Origin: a virus
Taxonomy: Duplodnaviria; Caudoviricetes
Virus record (IMG/VR): IMGVR_UViG_3300048576_000282
Location: 1-25,932 of that record
DNA length: 25,932 nt
Reading direction: 5' to 3' (one strand)
Positions 1 through 8,692 of the stretch are shown here, one piece after another (position 1 is the first letter of the stretch; every line of letters starts with the position of its first letter). The notes beneath the pieces are model-generated. The model was not told the origin of the DNA and made no database searches. It saw only the letters and a list, made by a program, of their open reading frames with translations. The position numbers and the translations under genes were made by a program.

Positions 1-32
1 ATCTTGCCCAGTGTTAAATGAACGATCGTCAC
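1..32 (-). CDS. 5' end of a gene running off the window (MTIVHLTLGK...)
   Basis: GGGAGGG RBS a few nt before a GTG at 32..30; frame open to the window edge; promoter-like sequence upstream. Confidence 0.55.
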   Translation of the reverse strand, partial: MTIVHLTLGK

Positions 33-77
33 GGTTTTCCCTCCCGTTTGTTTGCTGCCATCCGGAGAACCAGTGAC

Positions 78-106
78 ATGGTAAATCGTTCGTTCCATAA
101 GTTCAA
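78..106 (-). promoter_or_regulatory. Putative sigma70/sigmaA promoter for the gene starting at 32
   Basis: TTGAAC (106..101), 17-nt spacer, TACCAT (83..78); located just past the holin terminator. Confidence 0.5.
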
Positions 107-140
107 CTCCATTTCGGATCATAATCGGCGTTTCGGGGAG

Positions 141-186
141 AGAAAGAAACCGCCGGGATTTGTTTCATAACGACAGATCCCGGCGG
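141..186 (-). terminator. Intrinsic terminator after holin
   Basis: Perfect 10-bp stem CCGCCGGGAT/ATCCCGGCGG, extendable inward, followed by TTTCTTTCT on the minus strand. Confidence 0.8.
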
Positions 187-197
187 AGGGGCACAGG

Positions 198-623
198 CTA
201 TTCAGCGTCGTCATCCCGATCGTGAAGCTGCTCAAGAACCGTCCTGAGCTTGTCCGGGACCGGCAGGCCCAGATGCCCGGCATTCTCCAGTATGGAGACC
301 CCCTCGTTGGACAGATAGAAGCAGATGATTGCCGTTCGAAGCGCGCTGCCGGTGCCGATCACATGCGCGTCCACGATGTGCCCGATGCCCACCAGCGCAA
401 AGATCAGAATCTTGCGGAAGATGCCGCGGAAGCCGATCGCGCTGGACAGCGTCCTGTCAGAGATGGCGCACATGACGCCGGTGATGTAGTCGATACAGGC
501 GAACGCGATCAACGTGATGAGCAGGCCGTCGTTGCCGCCGAGATACCAACCGAGGAATCCGCCCAGCGCGGTGATGAAGATCTGGATCTTGTTCCAGACC
601 AGGTCGATCGTAATGTCTCTCAC
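198..623 (-). CDS. Phage holin (Phage_holin_4_1, toxin secretion/phage lysis holin family)
   Basis: Hydrophobic segments; family-typical DYITG, LSSAIGFRGIFRK and FYLSNEGVSILEN..LGLPVP motifs. GTG start with GGAGG RBS overlaps the endolysin stop (GTGA). Confidence 0.93.
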   Translation of the reverse strand: MRDITIDLVWNKIQIFITALGGFLGWYLGGNDGLLITLIAFACIDYITGVMCAISDRTLSSAIGFRGIFRKILIFALVGIGHIVDAHVIGTGSALRTAIICFYLSNEGVSILENAGHLGLPVPDKLRTVLEQLHDRDDDAE

Positions 624-1507
624 GTTATTACCTCCGTGTATTCCTTGCTGATCCATAAGACCTCGCCCCCGACGAGGACCGGCCGCCAGCCGTCGATGAC
701 CGCGGGCGTCAACACCGCACCCTTGCTCGCCACCTTCACCGCATCATAGGCGGTGCCCGGGCCGGTGCGGAGGTTGACCGAATCTCCAGTGACGCGGATG
801 CTTGCGGTCGGCGTCGGATTGGCAGGCGCTTCCACCGCAGCCGTCAGCCCCAGCGCAGCCAGCGTTGCGGCGTCGCCCTTGCCGGTAACAGGCAGCCCCA
901 CTTTCTGCTGGAATGCCTTGAGTGCCGCCAGCGTCTTTGCGCCAAACTCGCCATCGCCGTTAAGGTCGGCGCCGTTTTCGTTCAATGCTTTCTGCATCGC
1001 TGCCGTCCGGTAGCCCCTGTGGCCCAGCACCAGATCACAGCCGGGATTGTACCGCACCACGGCGCAGACCTTGCCGGCGTAGTGGGTGATGGCATCCGTT
1101 CGGACGCCGTAGGCGGTACCCCTCGCATGCACGATCTTCGAAGCCGACGCCACCATGGTGACGTGGGTGATCCGGTTCGCCCGGCCGCTGTTCTTCTCGG
1201 TAAAGAGGAACTGCAGGTCGCCCAGCTGTGTGGCCTTCGCGATGACGGAGGAGCCGCCGAACTTCTTTCCAATGGCGGCGTAGTTTTCCGGCCAGAGCAG
1301 CTCGAAATCATCGTCATAAACTTCGTTGCAGGAGATTGGCACACGTCCCCCGTACTTCCACGCCTTGCCCTGGGCGCTGTAGGCACGCGCGACGAGAGAG
1401 GAGCAGTCGAAGATGCCCTCCTGTGTGCGCTTAGCCTGGCTGTACCGGCAGCCCACCTTGGAGACCGCCCAGTCGCGGGCAGCCTTTGCGATTTCCGCGT
1501 AATTCAT
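620..1507 (-). CDS. Endolysin: NlpC/P60 peptidase + PG_binding_1 + SH3b
   Basis: FDCSSLV (catalytic Cys), ITHV and IVHA (His); DGEFGAKTLAALKAFQQKVGLPVTG peptidoglycan-binding motif; VNLRTGPGT..W..WIS SH3b. ATG at 1507 follows a GAGGTG RBS. Confidence 0.9.
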   Translation of the reverse strand: MNYAEIAKAARDWAVSKVGCRYSQAKRTQEGIFDCSSLVARAYSAQGKAWKYGGRVPISCNEVYDDDFELLWPENYAAIGKKFGGSSVIAKATQLGDLQFLFTEKNSGRANRITHVTMVASASKIVHARGTAYGVRTDAITHYAGKVCAVVRYNPGCDLVLGHRGYRTAAMQKALNENGADLNGDGEFGAKTLAALKAFQQKVGLPVTGKGDAATLAALGLTAAVEAPANPTPTASIRVTGDSVNLRTGPGTAYDAVKVASKGAVLTPAVIDGWRPVLVGGEVLWISKEYTEVIT

Positions 1508-1558
1508 GAAATTCACCTCTCGAGTAAAAATGGCGCCACCTAGCGCTTGAAATCGGGA

Positions 1559-1645
1559 TCAATTCGGCTTACAATGCAGCGTAGCACCTTTTGCCGGCTG
1601 CGCCGTGCTGGTGGCGGCCAGGCCGGTTCCCAATGGTTCCTTCAT
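1559..1645 (-). CDS. Possible 28-aa peptide MKEPLGTGLAATSTAQPAKGATLHCKPN
   Basis: GGGAGGG 7 nt before ATG; too short to appear in the ORF track; no recognised homology. Confidence 0.35.
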   Translation of the reverse strand: MKEPLGTGLAATSTAQPAKGATLHCKPN

Positions 1646-1678
1646 GATGAATCCCTCCCAAGGATTTCTGTGTATATG

Positions 1679-1703
1679 AAAAGCCGCCCAAGGCGGACGG
1701 CTT
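1679..1703 (-). terminator. Intrinsic terminator after fibre gene
   Basis: Minus strand AAGCCGTCC-GCCTT-GGGCGGCTT then TT; one G-U pair. Confidence 0.7.
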
Positions 1704-1714
1704 GAAGAATATGT

Positions 1715-3733
1715 TCAGACGCCAATGGCGATCCAATCGACATCGCGCAAGGTGCTGAACGAGCCACCGATAATGATGGACGCTTGGGTCGTTGTCTTGT
1801 TGTAAACCTTCAAGGCGCCATAATCGCCGGACCAGTTGCTGTCCGTCGTGGAATAGGTGGCGGCTACCACAGGGACGGTTGTAAAACCGGCACCGCTGTA
1901 ATTGATCGTGGCACTGGTGGAACCGCTGATGCTGACTCCACCGAAGGCAAACTTATATGGCAACAGGCCTGCTGCCAGCGTGCCGGAGGTTATTGCAGAT
2001 GCCGCATGGCTGTGGGAACTGGGTGCCGCCCCAAGATTGCTGCGCGCCGTGGCAGCGTCCGTAGCCCCTGTGCCGCCTGCGGCGACGGACAAGATACCGG
2101 TGCAAGCAGACAGAGCATGTGAATGACTGGCCGCCGCCGCGCCAAGCGCCGCCAGAGCTGATGCCGCGGAGGTTGCGCCCGTCCCGCCCTGCGCAATGGT
2201 GAGGGGAGCAACGAGCATGAGCGGCCAGCCGAATTCCACCGCGCCCGCCGTTTCCGCCACCTTACCGAAAGCAATGCCGGTGCCGTTCCGGTAGAAATCC
2301 ATCATGACCTGCTTGGTGCCGATGCTCACGGATTGCTCCACGGTGTGGAAAAAGTCCGCGACGCGGATCATCAGGTCGAAGCTCGACAGGGCATCAAAGG
2401 TCTGCGGCAGGAGCAGATTGGATGAGGCAACCGCGTAATTGCTGGGCGCGATCGTCGTGGACTGCGTCCATGTGGACGCGGAGGACAGCTTGTAGAACAC
2501 CGTGCAGCTCATGGTGTTCTTGCCGCCAGCCGATGAAGCGCCCGCTGTGGCCGAGATGCGCACCCGGTTACCGTCCGTCTGCGGCGCGGTACCTGTGCTG
2601 TTGCATCGCTCGGCTTTGAACAGCGACAGCGTCGGCGGCGCATAGGCCAGTACCGGGATCGTACGGGTGGCGGTGGCTGTCTGGCCGCGCGAATCCGTTA
2701 CGGTTACCGTCAGCGTATTGCTCCCCGCCACGGATAGAAGGCCGGTGGTGAACGACGAGGTCGTATAGGTGCTGCCGCCCAGCGTGGCGCGGTAAGCCGT
2801 GATGGTGCTGCACTGCGCTCCAGCGGCGGTGATGGACACCGCCAGCTTGCTCTTGTTCTGCACATACCCTGCAAACTGCGCCGCGATGCCCGCCACCGCT
2901 TCGGAGTAGTTCACGCTCGAAATGGTGGGCACGACCGAGGCGGGCACGTTCAAGGTGATCGTGCAGGTCTTGGTGCCGGTGAGTACGCCGGAGTAATAGG
3001 TGTCACAGGTGATCGTGCACAGGCCCGAGGTGGCCGAGGGAATCTGCGCGGCCAACGATACGGGCGGCGTCCATGCCACGGAATCGCCCACGCCGGAGGC
3101 AATCTGCCCCGAGGCTCCGCCGAAGGAGTAGGAGATCGTGTGCGTCGCCGACGTACTCTTGCGGTCGGTGTAGACCGTCACGGCGGAGCCCATATCAGCG
3201 GACGGCACGGACACGCGAGGCTGGCTGATCCCTTCCTCATAGGTGACGTAAAGGGTGGCCGCTGTCCACATGAGATAGTTGTACGAGTACCCCTGTGAGC
3301 TGGCGGAGGGCGAGGGATTGTACAGGCAAAACGTGTTGTTTCCCGCTTGAAGGTAGGTCGCGACGTTATTAAAGAGTGCGCCGGAGAAGTCATACGAAGC
3401 GGTGTTCCCGTAGAACGACCCCGTAAAAGTTCCAAGCGCGTCCCCGTAATAATTGCCGCCCGTCACGCCTGACTGAGACGCCGCCTGATACTTGGATTTG
3501 CGCAGGTACACGGTTTTTGTCGCACCTGCGAAGCCAGCTTCTGCGGAGGTCACGCGCAGCGTAATGCCGGTGATGATTTTGTTGAGCAAGGACAATCCGC
3601 TGAAATGCACGATGCCCACGAAATTGTAATCGTCGTAATAGAATTCCTGGCCCGCCTCTGCGCTTTTGAAATTGCTTGACGAGTTGGATTTCCGCGTGCG
3701 CATCGAGGCCGAGTAGCTGACGGTCGTTGCCAT
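1715..3733 (-). CDS. Minor tail/fibre protein, DUF859-like, probable receptor-binding protein
   Basis: Follows Tal; Ser/Thr-rich beta protein with YVQNKSKL, VTVTDSRG and GIAFGKVAE motifs; GGTGAT/HSH repeats; C-terminal FTTVPVV...DWIAIG lectin-like end. Confidence 0.8.
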   Translation of the reverse strand: MATTVSYSASMRTRKSNSSSNFKSAEAGQEFYYDDYNFVGIVHFSGLSLLNKIITGITLRVTSAEAGFAGATKTVYLRKSKYQAASQSGVTGGNYYGDALGTFTGSFYGNTASYDFSGALFNNVATYLQAGNNTFCLYNPSPSASSQGYSYNYLMWTAATLYVTYEEGISQPRVSVPSADMGSAVTVYTDRKSTSATHTISYSFGGASGQIASGVGDSVAWTPPVSLAAQIPSATSGLCTITCDTYYSGVLTGTKTCTITLNVPASVVPTISSVNYSEAVAGIAAQFAGYVQNKSKLAVSITAAGAQCSTITAYRATLGGSTYTTSSFTTGLLSVAGSNTLTVTVTDSRGQTATATRTIPVLAYAPPTLSLFKAERCNSTGTAPQTDGNRVRISATAGASSAGGKNTMSCTVFYKLSSASTWTQSTTIAPSNYAVASSNLLLPQTFDALSSFDLMIRVADFFHTVEQSVSIGTKQVMMDFYRNGTGIAFGKVAETAGAVEFGWPLMLVAPLTIAQGGTGATSAASALAALGAAAASHSHALSACTGILSVAAGGTGATDAATARSNLGAAPSSHSHAASAITSGTLAAGLLPYKFAFGGVSISGSTSATINYSGAGFTTVPVVAATYSTTDSNWSGDYGALKVYNKTTTQASIIIGGSFSTLRDVDWIAIGV
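1995..2203 (-). repeat. Two 37-aa GGTGAT...LGAA..SHSH repeats in fibre
   Basis: GGTGAT motifs are 111 nt apart (2188 and 2077). Confidence 0.8.
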
Positions 3734-3742
3734 AAAAAGCTC

Positions 3743-6700
3743 CTATCCGGTGTAAATCATGGAGAGATTGCCGTTGGCCTGCGGCTCATAGGCGAATTTG
3801 CCGATCTGCAACCGGGCCAAGACCTCGGCCTGCGTCACATAGAGCTTGTTGTTGGACAGGTAGGCGACCTGGGTGTTGTTCATATAAAAGGCCACGCGGT
3901 CGTTGACCACCCGTATGGTGATGGGGTTGCCGGACTTCCCGATGATGAGGCCGTCATCCCCAAAGGTCATATAGGTCTTGATGAGGGCAATCTGCTCGTC
4001 GGTGGCTTCCTGCCCCTCGGCCAAATCCTGCTCGATTTCCGTCACCTTGCTGACCGCCCAGGTGAAATTGTTCTCGGTCTGCTCGGCCAGCGTGGATAGC
4101 GTTTCGTTCACCTGCTCCAGCGCATCAGCCGGGGCATAGTCGCGCTTCACCTCGCTTCGGATGGCATCGGCGGTCAGGGTGATCTGCGCCACCGCGTCGC
4201 CCACGGCGTCCAGCGCTTCATCCTTCGCAGCAGATACCTGGCCCTCCACGTACAGGCGCAGCGCTTCGTTGCCGGTGATGTCCACCGCCTGGAGCTTGGC
4301 GATGAAGGCCGTATTGGCGAACAGGTCATCCACGTCGATGTTCGCGGCCTGGATGGTGCGCACCAACGCTTCATCCGCGAAAATGCTCTGGACGTTCAGC
4401 TCGCGGGCGGTAATGGACCTCTCCATGAGCTTGCCGCCCGGCAGGCTGTCGTCGGCGATGTCGCCGCCCGTCACTTCCTTCTTGGTGGTCGTGACGATGC
4501 CGTCCTCATCGACCGAAACGGCGTAAAAGCTGCCGTCCGCGCCCTTCACGATTAACTCGCCCACAGTGAGGGAGGCCATGTTGCCTTCGGTGACGGCGAG
4601 GTCGGCCACATACAGCTTTCCGTTGATGCCGCGCTCGATGATCGCCGTCCCGGTGGTCAGGTCCTTGATCCGCGCCCAACCGATGTCAGCGGTTTCAATA
4701 CTGGCGCGGGTAATGTCCGCGATGGCGACGTTCAGCTCCGTGATGCCCGCCCAATCGATGTGCGCCTCGTGCAGGTGCGCGGTGGTAAGCTGCGCCACGG
4801 CGATATGGGCGACGGCGGCGTTCAGGTCCGCAATGCCAGCCCACTCGATGTGCGCGCTATCCAGATTCGCCTGGGTGATTTGCGCCAGGGCGATGTTGGC
4901 CACGGCCGTATTCAGGCTGGCGATGCTCGCCCAATCGATGACCGCCTGATTGATGTTCGCGGTGGTAATCTGTGCCACGGCGATGTTCGCCATCTCGGTG
5001 GCCAGACCGCCGATCTCAGCCCAGGAGATGTATGCGTTGTCGATATTGGCAGTGGTGATCTGCGCGAGGGCGATGGTCGCCAGCGCGGCGTACAATTCGT
5101 CCGTCGTGACGCTGCCGGCCGCCAGCTCCTTGATCCGGGCGGAAACCGCCGTGATGGCGCCGGCGTTCAGCTCGCCGATGGTTGCCTCCGCGATCTTCGC
5201 CCTGGTGATCGCCGCGTCTGCGATGAGCGCGTTCACAATGGCCGCGTCCTGGATGTGCGCCGACTGGATCGCGGCCAGGCCGATCTGCAGGCTGCCCACC
5301 GAACCGTCCTTGAGCTGCCCGGCGCCCACAGAATTGATCGCCAGCTTCGCGCCGGTGACGGTTCCGGAGGCGAGCTGCCGGGAGGAAATGGTGTTGCCTT
5401 CAATCGTGTCCGCCACAGTCCCCAGCGTCATGGCGGTGTACTTGCGCGTCAGGCAGTCGTAGGTGTACTGCGTGAGCCGCATGGATACCGCGACGCCGAT
5501 GCGCCGCGCGATGACCCGGACGGCATCGCCCAGGAAGATGTTCTGGAGGAACCGGTACTGCCGGTATTCCTCCGTTTCCGCGCAGTTGATGAAGTCAACC
5601 TTGAGCGTAATGGTCGGCAGGTCGCAGCTCTTGTCATACTCGGCCTGCGCCGCCTTGCGCATTTCTGCGTAGCATTGGGTTTTGGTCTTTTTGTCGTCGC
5701 CCTTCGTGACCTCTCTGGCCTCGGAGACGGGCAGATGAATCCATTTGGGGTGGGTGTAGCTGCCGATGTTCGGACTGTCGATGTACAGCTCCGGCAGATA
5801 CAGGACGTTGCCGTCCGCATCCTGGCCGGTGGGCATGATCCGCGTAACCACATCGGTGATGTCCACGTCGTAGGAGATGCCCAGGAGGTTCTTTCCCTCG
5901 CGGATCTGAACGTCGGTGTCGGTACCTACCCTTTGCACCAGGAACACATCGAACCAGTCGCGGGTCAGTTCCGCGCCGTACTTCTCCACGAGACCGCCTT
6001 CGCCCAGGATCGCGTCCACGGGGTTGACGTTCTCGAATTCCACCTCGGAAGCGGTGGAGGCCAAGTCGGAATAAAAGGTGAAGTCATGCTCGGTCAGGCA
6101 TTTTGAAGATATGTTTTGAGCCACGACGGAGCCCGCCGTGGACGCGGCGGGCTTGTAGCTCTTGATCATGTTGTCCAGCAGGTCATAGAACACGTGCCGG
6201 GCATAGACCGTGATCTTCGTCAGCTCTGGCACCACGCGGTAGATGCGGAACGGCTGGTCCCGAAGCTGCCGGGACTCGACGACCGCCTTTGTCGCCTGTC
6301 CCGACGTAGCCTCCGTACGCACGTAGGTCAGATACTCCGAAGCCATGTATCCGCGCTTGCCGTCCGGGCAGGATACCTCGTACCACGAGGAATTACCGGT
6401 ACTCAGCACGATGACCTGGGTGCCCTTTTTGTACCTGCCCAGCACCCTGTATTTCGATCCGGTGCCGGAGCGCAGCCGCAGAGGATTGCGACTGGTGGAC
6501 ACCTTGTAGATTGCCTTGCCCATGCCCTGCAGCTTCATCTGTGGCGTCATGGCGGCGGGCACCGGCGCGCGGAGGATGTTGCCTTCCACCAGCCGGCGCC
6601 ATTTGCCTTGCTCGTCCAGCGGGTGCGTAAGCTCCAGCTCCCATTCGCTGTTGAGCGTTTCGGTCACGGAGCAGATCGATGGGCGGATTGCCCCCAGACC

Positions 6701-6745
6701 ATTGCTCGAAAAATCTGTCGCGCCCGGTGGAAAGACGCAGATCAC
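3743..6745 (-). CDS. Tal-like baseplate hub/tail spike protein (prophage tail endopeptidase-type N-terminus) with inserted SH3b and pentapeptide repeats
   Basis: ELELTHP, QPFRIYRV, VYARHVFYDL, GKNLLG..VVTRIMP and LGDAVRV motifs; position after Dit. Confidence 0.88.
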   Translation of the reverse strand: MICVFPPGATDFSSNGLGAIRPSICSVTETLNSEWELELTHPLDEQGKWRRLVEGNILRAPVPAAMTPQMKLQGMGKAIYKVSTSRNPLRLRSGTGSKYRVLGRYKKGTQVIVLSTGNSSWYEVSCPDGKRGYMASEYLTYVRTEATSGQATKAVVESRQLRDQPFRIYRVVPELTKITVYARHVFYDLLDNMIKSYKPAASTAGSVVAQNISSKCLTEHDFTFYSDLASTASEVEFENVNPVDAILGEGGLVEKYGAELTRDWFDVFLVQRVGTDTDVQIREGKNLLGISYDVDITDVVTRIMPTGQDADGNVLYLPELYIDSPNIGSYTHPKWIHLPVSEAREVTKGDDKKTKTQCYAEMRKAAQAEYDKSCDLPTITLKVDFINCAETEEYRQYRFLQNIFLGDAVRVIARRIGVAVSMRLTQYTYDCLTRKYTAMTLGTVADTIEGNTISSRQLASGTVTGAKLAINSVGAGQLKDGSVGSLQIGLAAIQSAHIQDAAIVNALIADAAITRAKIAEATIGELNAGAITAVSARIKELAAGSVTTDELYAALATIALAQITTANIDNAYISWAEIGGLATEMANIAVAQITTANINQAVIDWASIASLNTAVANIALAQITQANLDSAHIEWAGIADLNAAVAHIAVAQLTTAHLHEAHIDWAGITELNVAIADITRASIETADIGWARIKDLTTGTAIIERGINGKLYVADLAVTEGNMASLTVGELIVKGADGSFYAVSVDEDGIVTTTKKEVTGGDIADDSLPGGKLMERSITARELNVQSIFADEALVRTIQAANIDVDDLFANTAFIAKLQAVDITGNEALRLYVEGQVSAAKDEALDAVGDAVAQITLTADAIRSEVKRDYAPADALEQVNETLSTLAEQTENNFTWAVSKVTEIEQDLAEGQEATDEQIALIKTYMTFGDDGLIIGKSGNPITIRVVNDRVAFYMNNTQVAYLSNNKLYVTQAEVLARLQIGKFAYEPQANGNLSMIYTG
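4676..5080 (-). repeat. 30-aa repeats built from AxIxx pentapeptides in Tal
   Basis: Trp codons at 5023, 4933, 4843 and 4753 (90-nt period) and 4678 (75 nt). Confidence 0.85.
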
Positions 6746-6764
6746 ACCATCACTTCCCCGCAGA

Positions 6765-6797
6765 AGAAGAATAAAATGTCCACCGCGTGGCGGACAT
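6765..6797 (-). terminator. Intrinsic terminator between GDPD moron and Tal
   Basis: Minus strand ATGTCCGCC-ACGC-GGTGGACAT then TTTATTCTTCTT. Confidence 0.8.
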
Positions 6798-6832
6798 AAT
6801 AGGTTAGTATACGAATTTGATCCAATAGACCT

Positions 6833-7810
6833 TTATCGCGCTATTTCACCGCTATCGAAGCGATCAATTCGGTTCGTCCACAGATACCCGTCGAATCCTG
6901 CGGGGATTTGTTCACGGTCGGTCACCGTATCAATTCCTTCGGATGCTCCCCCGTTGCCGCCCACAATCACAACCCGTGTATTGACACGCTCCATCCGCTC
7001 CACGAATTTGTGGGGCCATCCCCACAATAGGCGGGCATAGTTCAGCGACAGGTGGAGTTCCATATTGTGTAGACTTTCGGGGATGTACCCCGTCCATCCC
7101 AGCGCAATGTACTTTATCAGTGCATCCTTGATCATTTCCATACTCAACAATCGCAACGAATTACTCTGATTGCGCAGGTATTGAATGGTTCTGTCCGCGC
7201 CATAGACAGTGATTTGCGAGAGCCGCTCTTCCGGCATCTTCTTAAGGTGCTCCCACAGCAACACACCGGTTTCTTCGTCTCCATCTTTAATGTCAATCAG
7301 CAGTTCACTATTGGGGAAAGCGTCGAATACCTCTTGGATTTTAGGCATTTTCCCAATCCCCTTCCCCCGGAAAGGAAAGGTTTTCCCGCCATCCGCCGTA
7401 TAACGGTAGCCCACATCGAGCTGTTTGAGTTCGGCCATGGTGTGATCGCTCACATGGCCCTGGCCTTCTGTGCGATAGGAAATATCATAATCATGGAATA
7501 CAGCCAGCTGATTATCCTTCGTCCTGTGAACATCAAATTCAACGACATCCGCGCCCATGTCGAAAGCGATCCGCATTGATTCCAGCGTGTTCTCAAGGTA
7601 TGGATGCTCCGGTGGATAGATCATTTCCGCGGTATTCGTATCCCACTCGACTTGACTGATGTCAAATGTCTGCGCAAGGCCGCGATGCGCAAGAAGCTTT
7701 GCTTTGTTACCTTCCGTATTGCTGAATAGAGACGTATTGTTGAGCCAAATAAACAGAGCAATGGTAAACAACACACCACCGATTACAAGCAACGGTTTTT
7801 TTCTTTTCAT
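6833..7810 (-). CDS. Glycerophosphodiester phosphodiesterase (bacterial GDE4-like type) with N-terminal signal/anchor; moron
   Basis: AHRG, ENT, VEFDV, VFHD, LLIDIK and LWTN GDPD motifs; MKRKK plus hydrophobic helix; visibly lower GC than flanks. Alternative start at 7819. Confidence 0.93.
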   Translation of the reverse strand: MKRKKPLLVIGGVLFTIALFIWLNNTSLFSNTEGNKAKLLAHRGLAQTFDISQVEWDTNTAEMIYPPEHPYLENTLESMRIAFDMGADVVEFDVHRTKDNQLAVFHDYDISYRTEGQGHVSDHTMAELKQLDVGYRYTADGGKTFPFRGKGIGKMPKIQEVFDAFPNSELLIDIKDGDEETGVLLWEHLKKMPEERLSQITVYGADRTIQYLRNQSNSLRLLSMEMIKDALIKYIALGWTGYIPESLHNMELHLSLNYARLLWGWPHKFVERMERVNTRVVIVGGNGGASEGIDTVTDREQIPAGFDGYLWTNRIDRFDSGEIAR

Positions 7811-7898
7811 AAACCTCATCCTCTTAATTATCGACGGATTTTCATTCAGTTTTGTTCAAGATATTCTACTTAATCATGAGAGAGCGTCCCTAAGCCTC

Positions 7899-8597
7899 TT
7901 AGAAATATCTCCAGTTGGGTTGTATCCCAACCCTCGCCACCCCTCCACTCCAGCTCACGGCATTTATGCCCGGCACGAGCGTCGGGAAATCGCCGCTCAT
8001 GTTGTCGTTCATAGATGCGGAGCCGGAATACGCCTCCATGAGTGGCGTATCCAGCGTGATACTGCCGGAGATGCCCTCCAACTCCACGACGTATAGCCCC
8101 ACCATGAGCGTGATGTCGCCGGAGCCATACACGGTGATCACCGGTTCTGAAAAGACGTTGCCCGGGTTTGTGATGATCCCGCCCGAGGTCGTCAGCGTAA
8201 TGAGCGAGACACCCTGCACGTACCAGAAGGGTTGGCAGCGGAAGTTGGTTACAAACGACCGATGCGGGTGCCCGCGCAGGATCTTCTCAAACGGGATCTG
8301 GTTGGCAATCCGGGCAAAGTAGAACCCGCCCGGCCTGTCCGCGAACGTCACCTTGCCGCCGCCTTTGAGCCAGCCGCAGATCTCAGGCAACCGGCCTGAA
8401 TCCGTAATGAAGCATTCTGCACTCAACGTGAGATCGTCGTATACGTCCTCACCTTCCAAGGTGGTCAGCGCGCCCGACCGGCCCGGCACGTTTGTAAACG
8501 TCGCACGTTCGGCCGCGCGGGTAATGGCGGGTTGCTGGGATACATGAATGCCGTATTCGGTGCAGCGGACGCCGTTCCATTCGAACCAGTCGTTCAT
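7899..8597 (-). CDS. Distal tail protein (Dit)
   Basis: VPGRSG, FRCQPFWY, NPGNVFSEPVITVYGSG and FPTLVPGINAVSW motifs; follows tape measure; GGAGG RBS before ATG at 8597. Confidence 0.9.
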   Translation of the reverse strand: MNDWFEWNGVRCTEYGIHVSQQPAITRAAERATFTNVPGRSGALTTLEGEDVYDDLTLSAECFITDSGRLPEICGWLKGGGKVTFADRPGGFYFARIANQIPFEKILRGHPHRSFVTNFRCQPFWYVQGVSLITLTTSGGIITNPGNVFSEPVITVYGSGDITLMVGLYVVELEGISGSITLDTPLMEAYSGSASMNDNMSGDFPTLVPGINAVSWSGGVARVGIQPNWRYF

Positions 8598-8612
8598 GTT
8601 CCCCTCCAATGG

Positions 8613-8644
8613 AAAAGGCCGCAGCACTCACAGGCGCGGCCTTT
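8613..8644 (-). terminator. Terminator-like hairpin between tape measure and Dit
   Basis: 9-bp inverted repeat AAAGGCCGC/GCGGCCTTT with short T tracts on both strands. Confidence 0.65.
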
Positions 8645-8692
8645 ATGGTCCTTCCGATGATTGCCGAAAAAGAGTGGCGACATGGTCCACAA

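Noticed and set aside
20-31. LexA (Cheo) box GAAC-N4-GTCA; also GAAC-N8-GTTC at 24181
   Set aside because: Mismatch in one and wrong spacing in the other.
624-656. Upstream in-frame ATG giving a dual-start holin/antiholin
   Set aside because: The clear RBS and GTGA coupling favour the start at 623; the upstream ATG lies inside the endolysin without a good RBS.
1715-3733. Diversity-generating retroelement or invertible fibre cassette
   Set aside because: No reverse transcriptase, invertase or duplicate of the fibre 3' end is seen in the window.
7820-7898. Promoter for GDPD (TAGAAT, TTGAAC, GATAAT)
   Set aside because: No -35/-10 pair with acceptable spacing was found.
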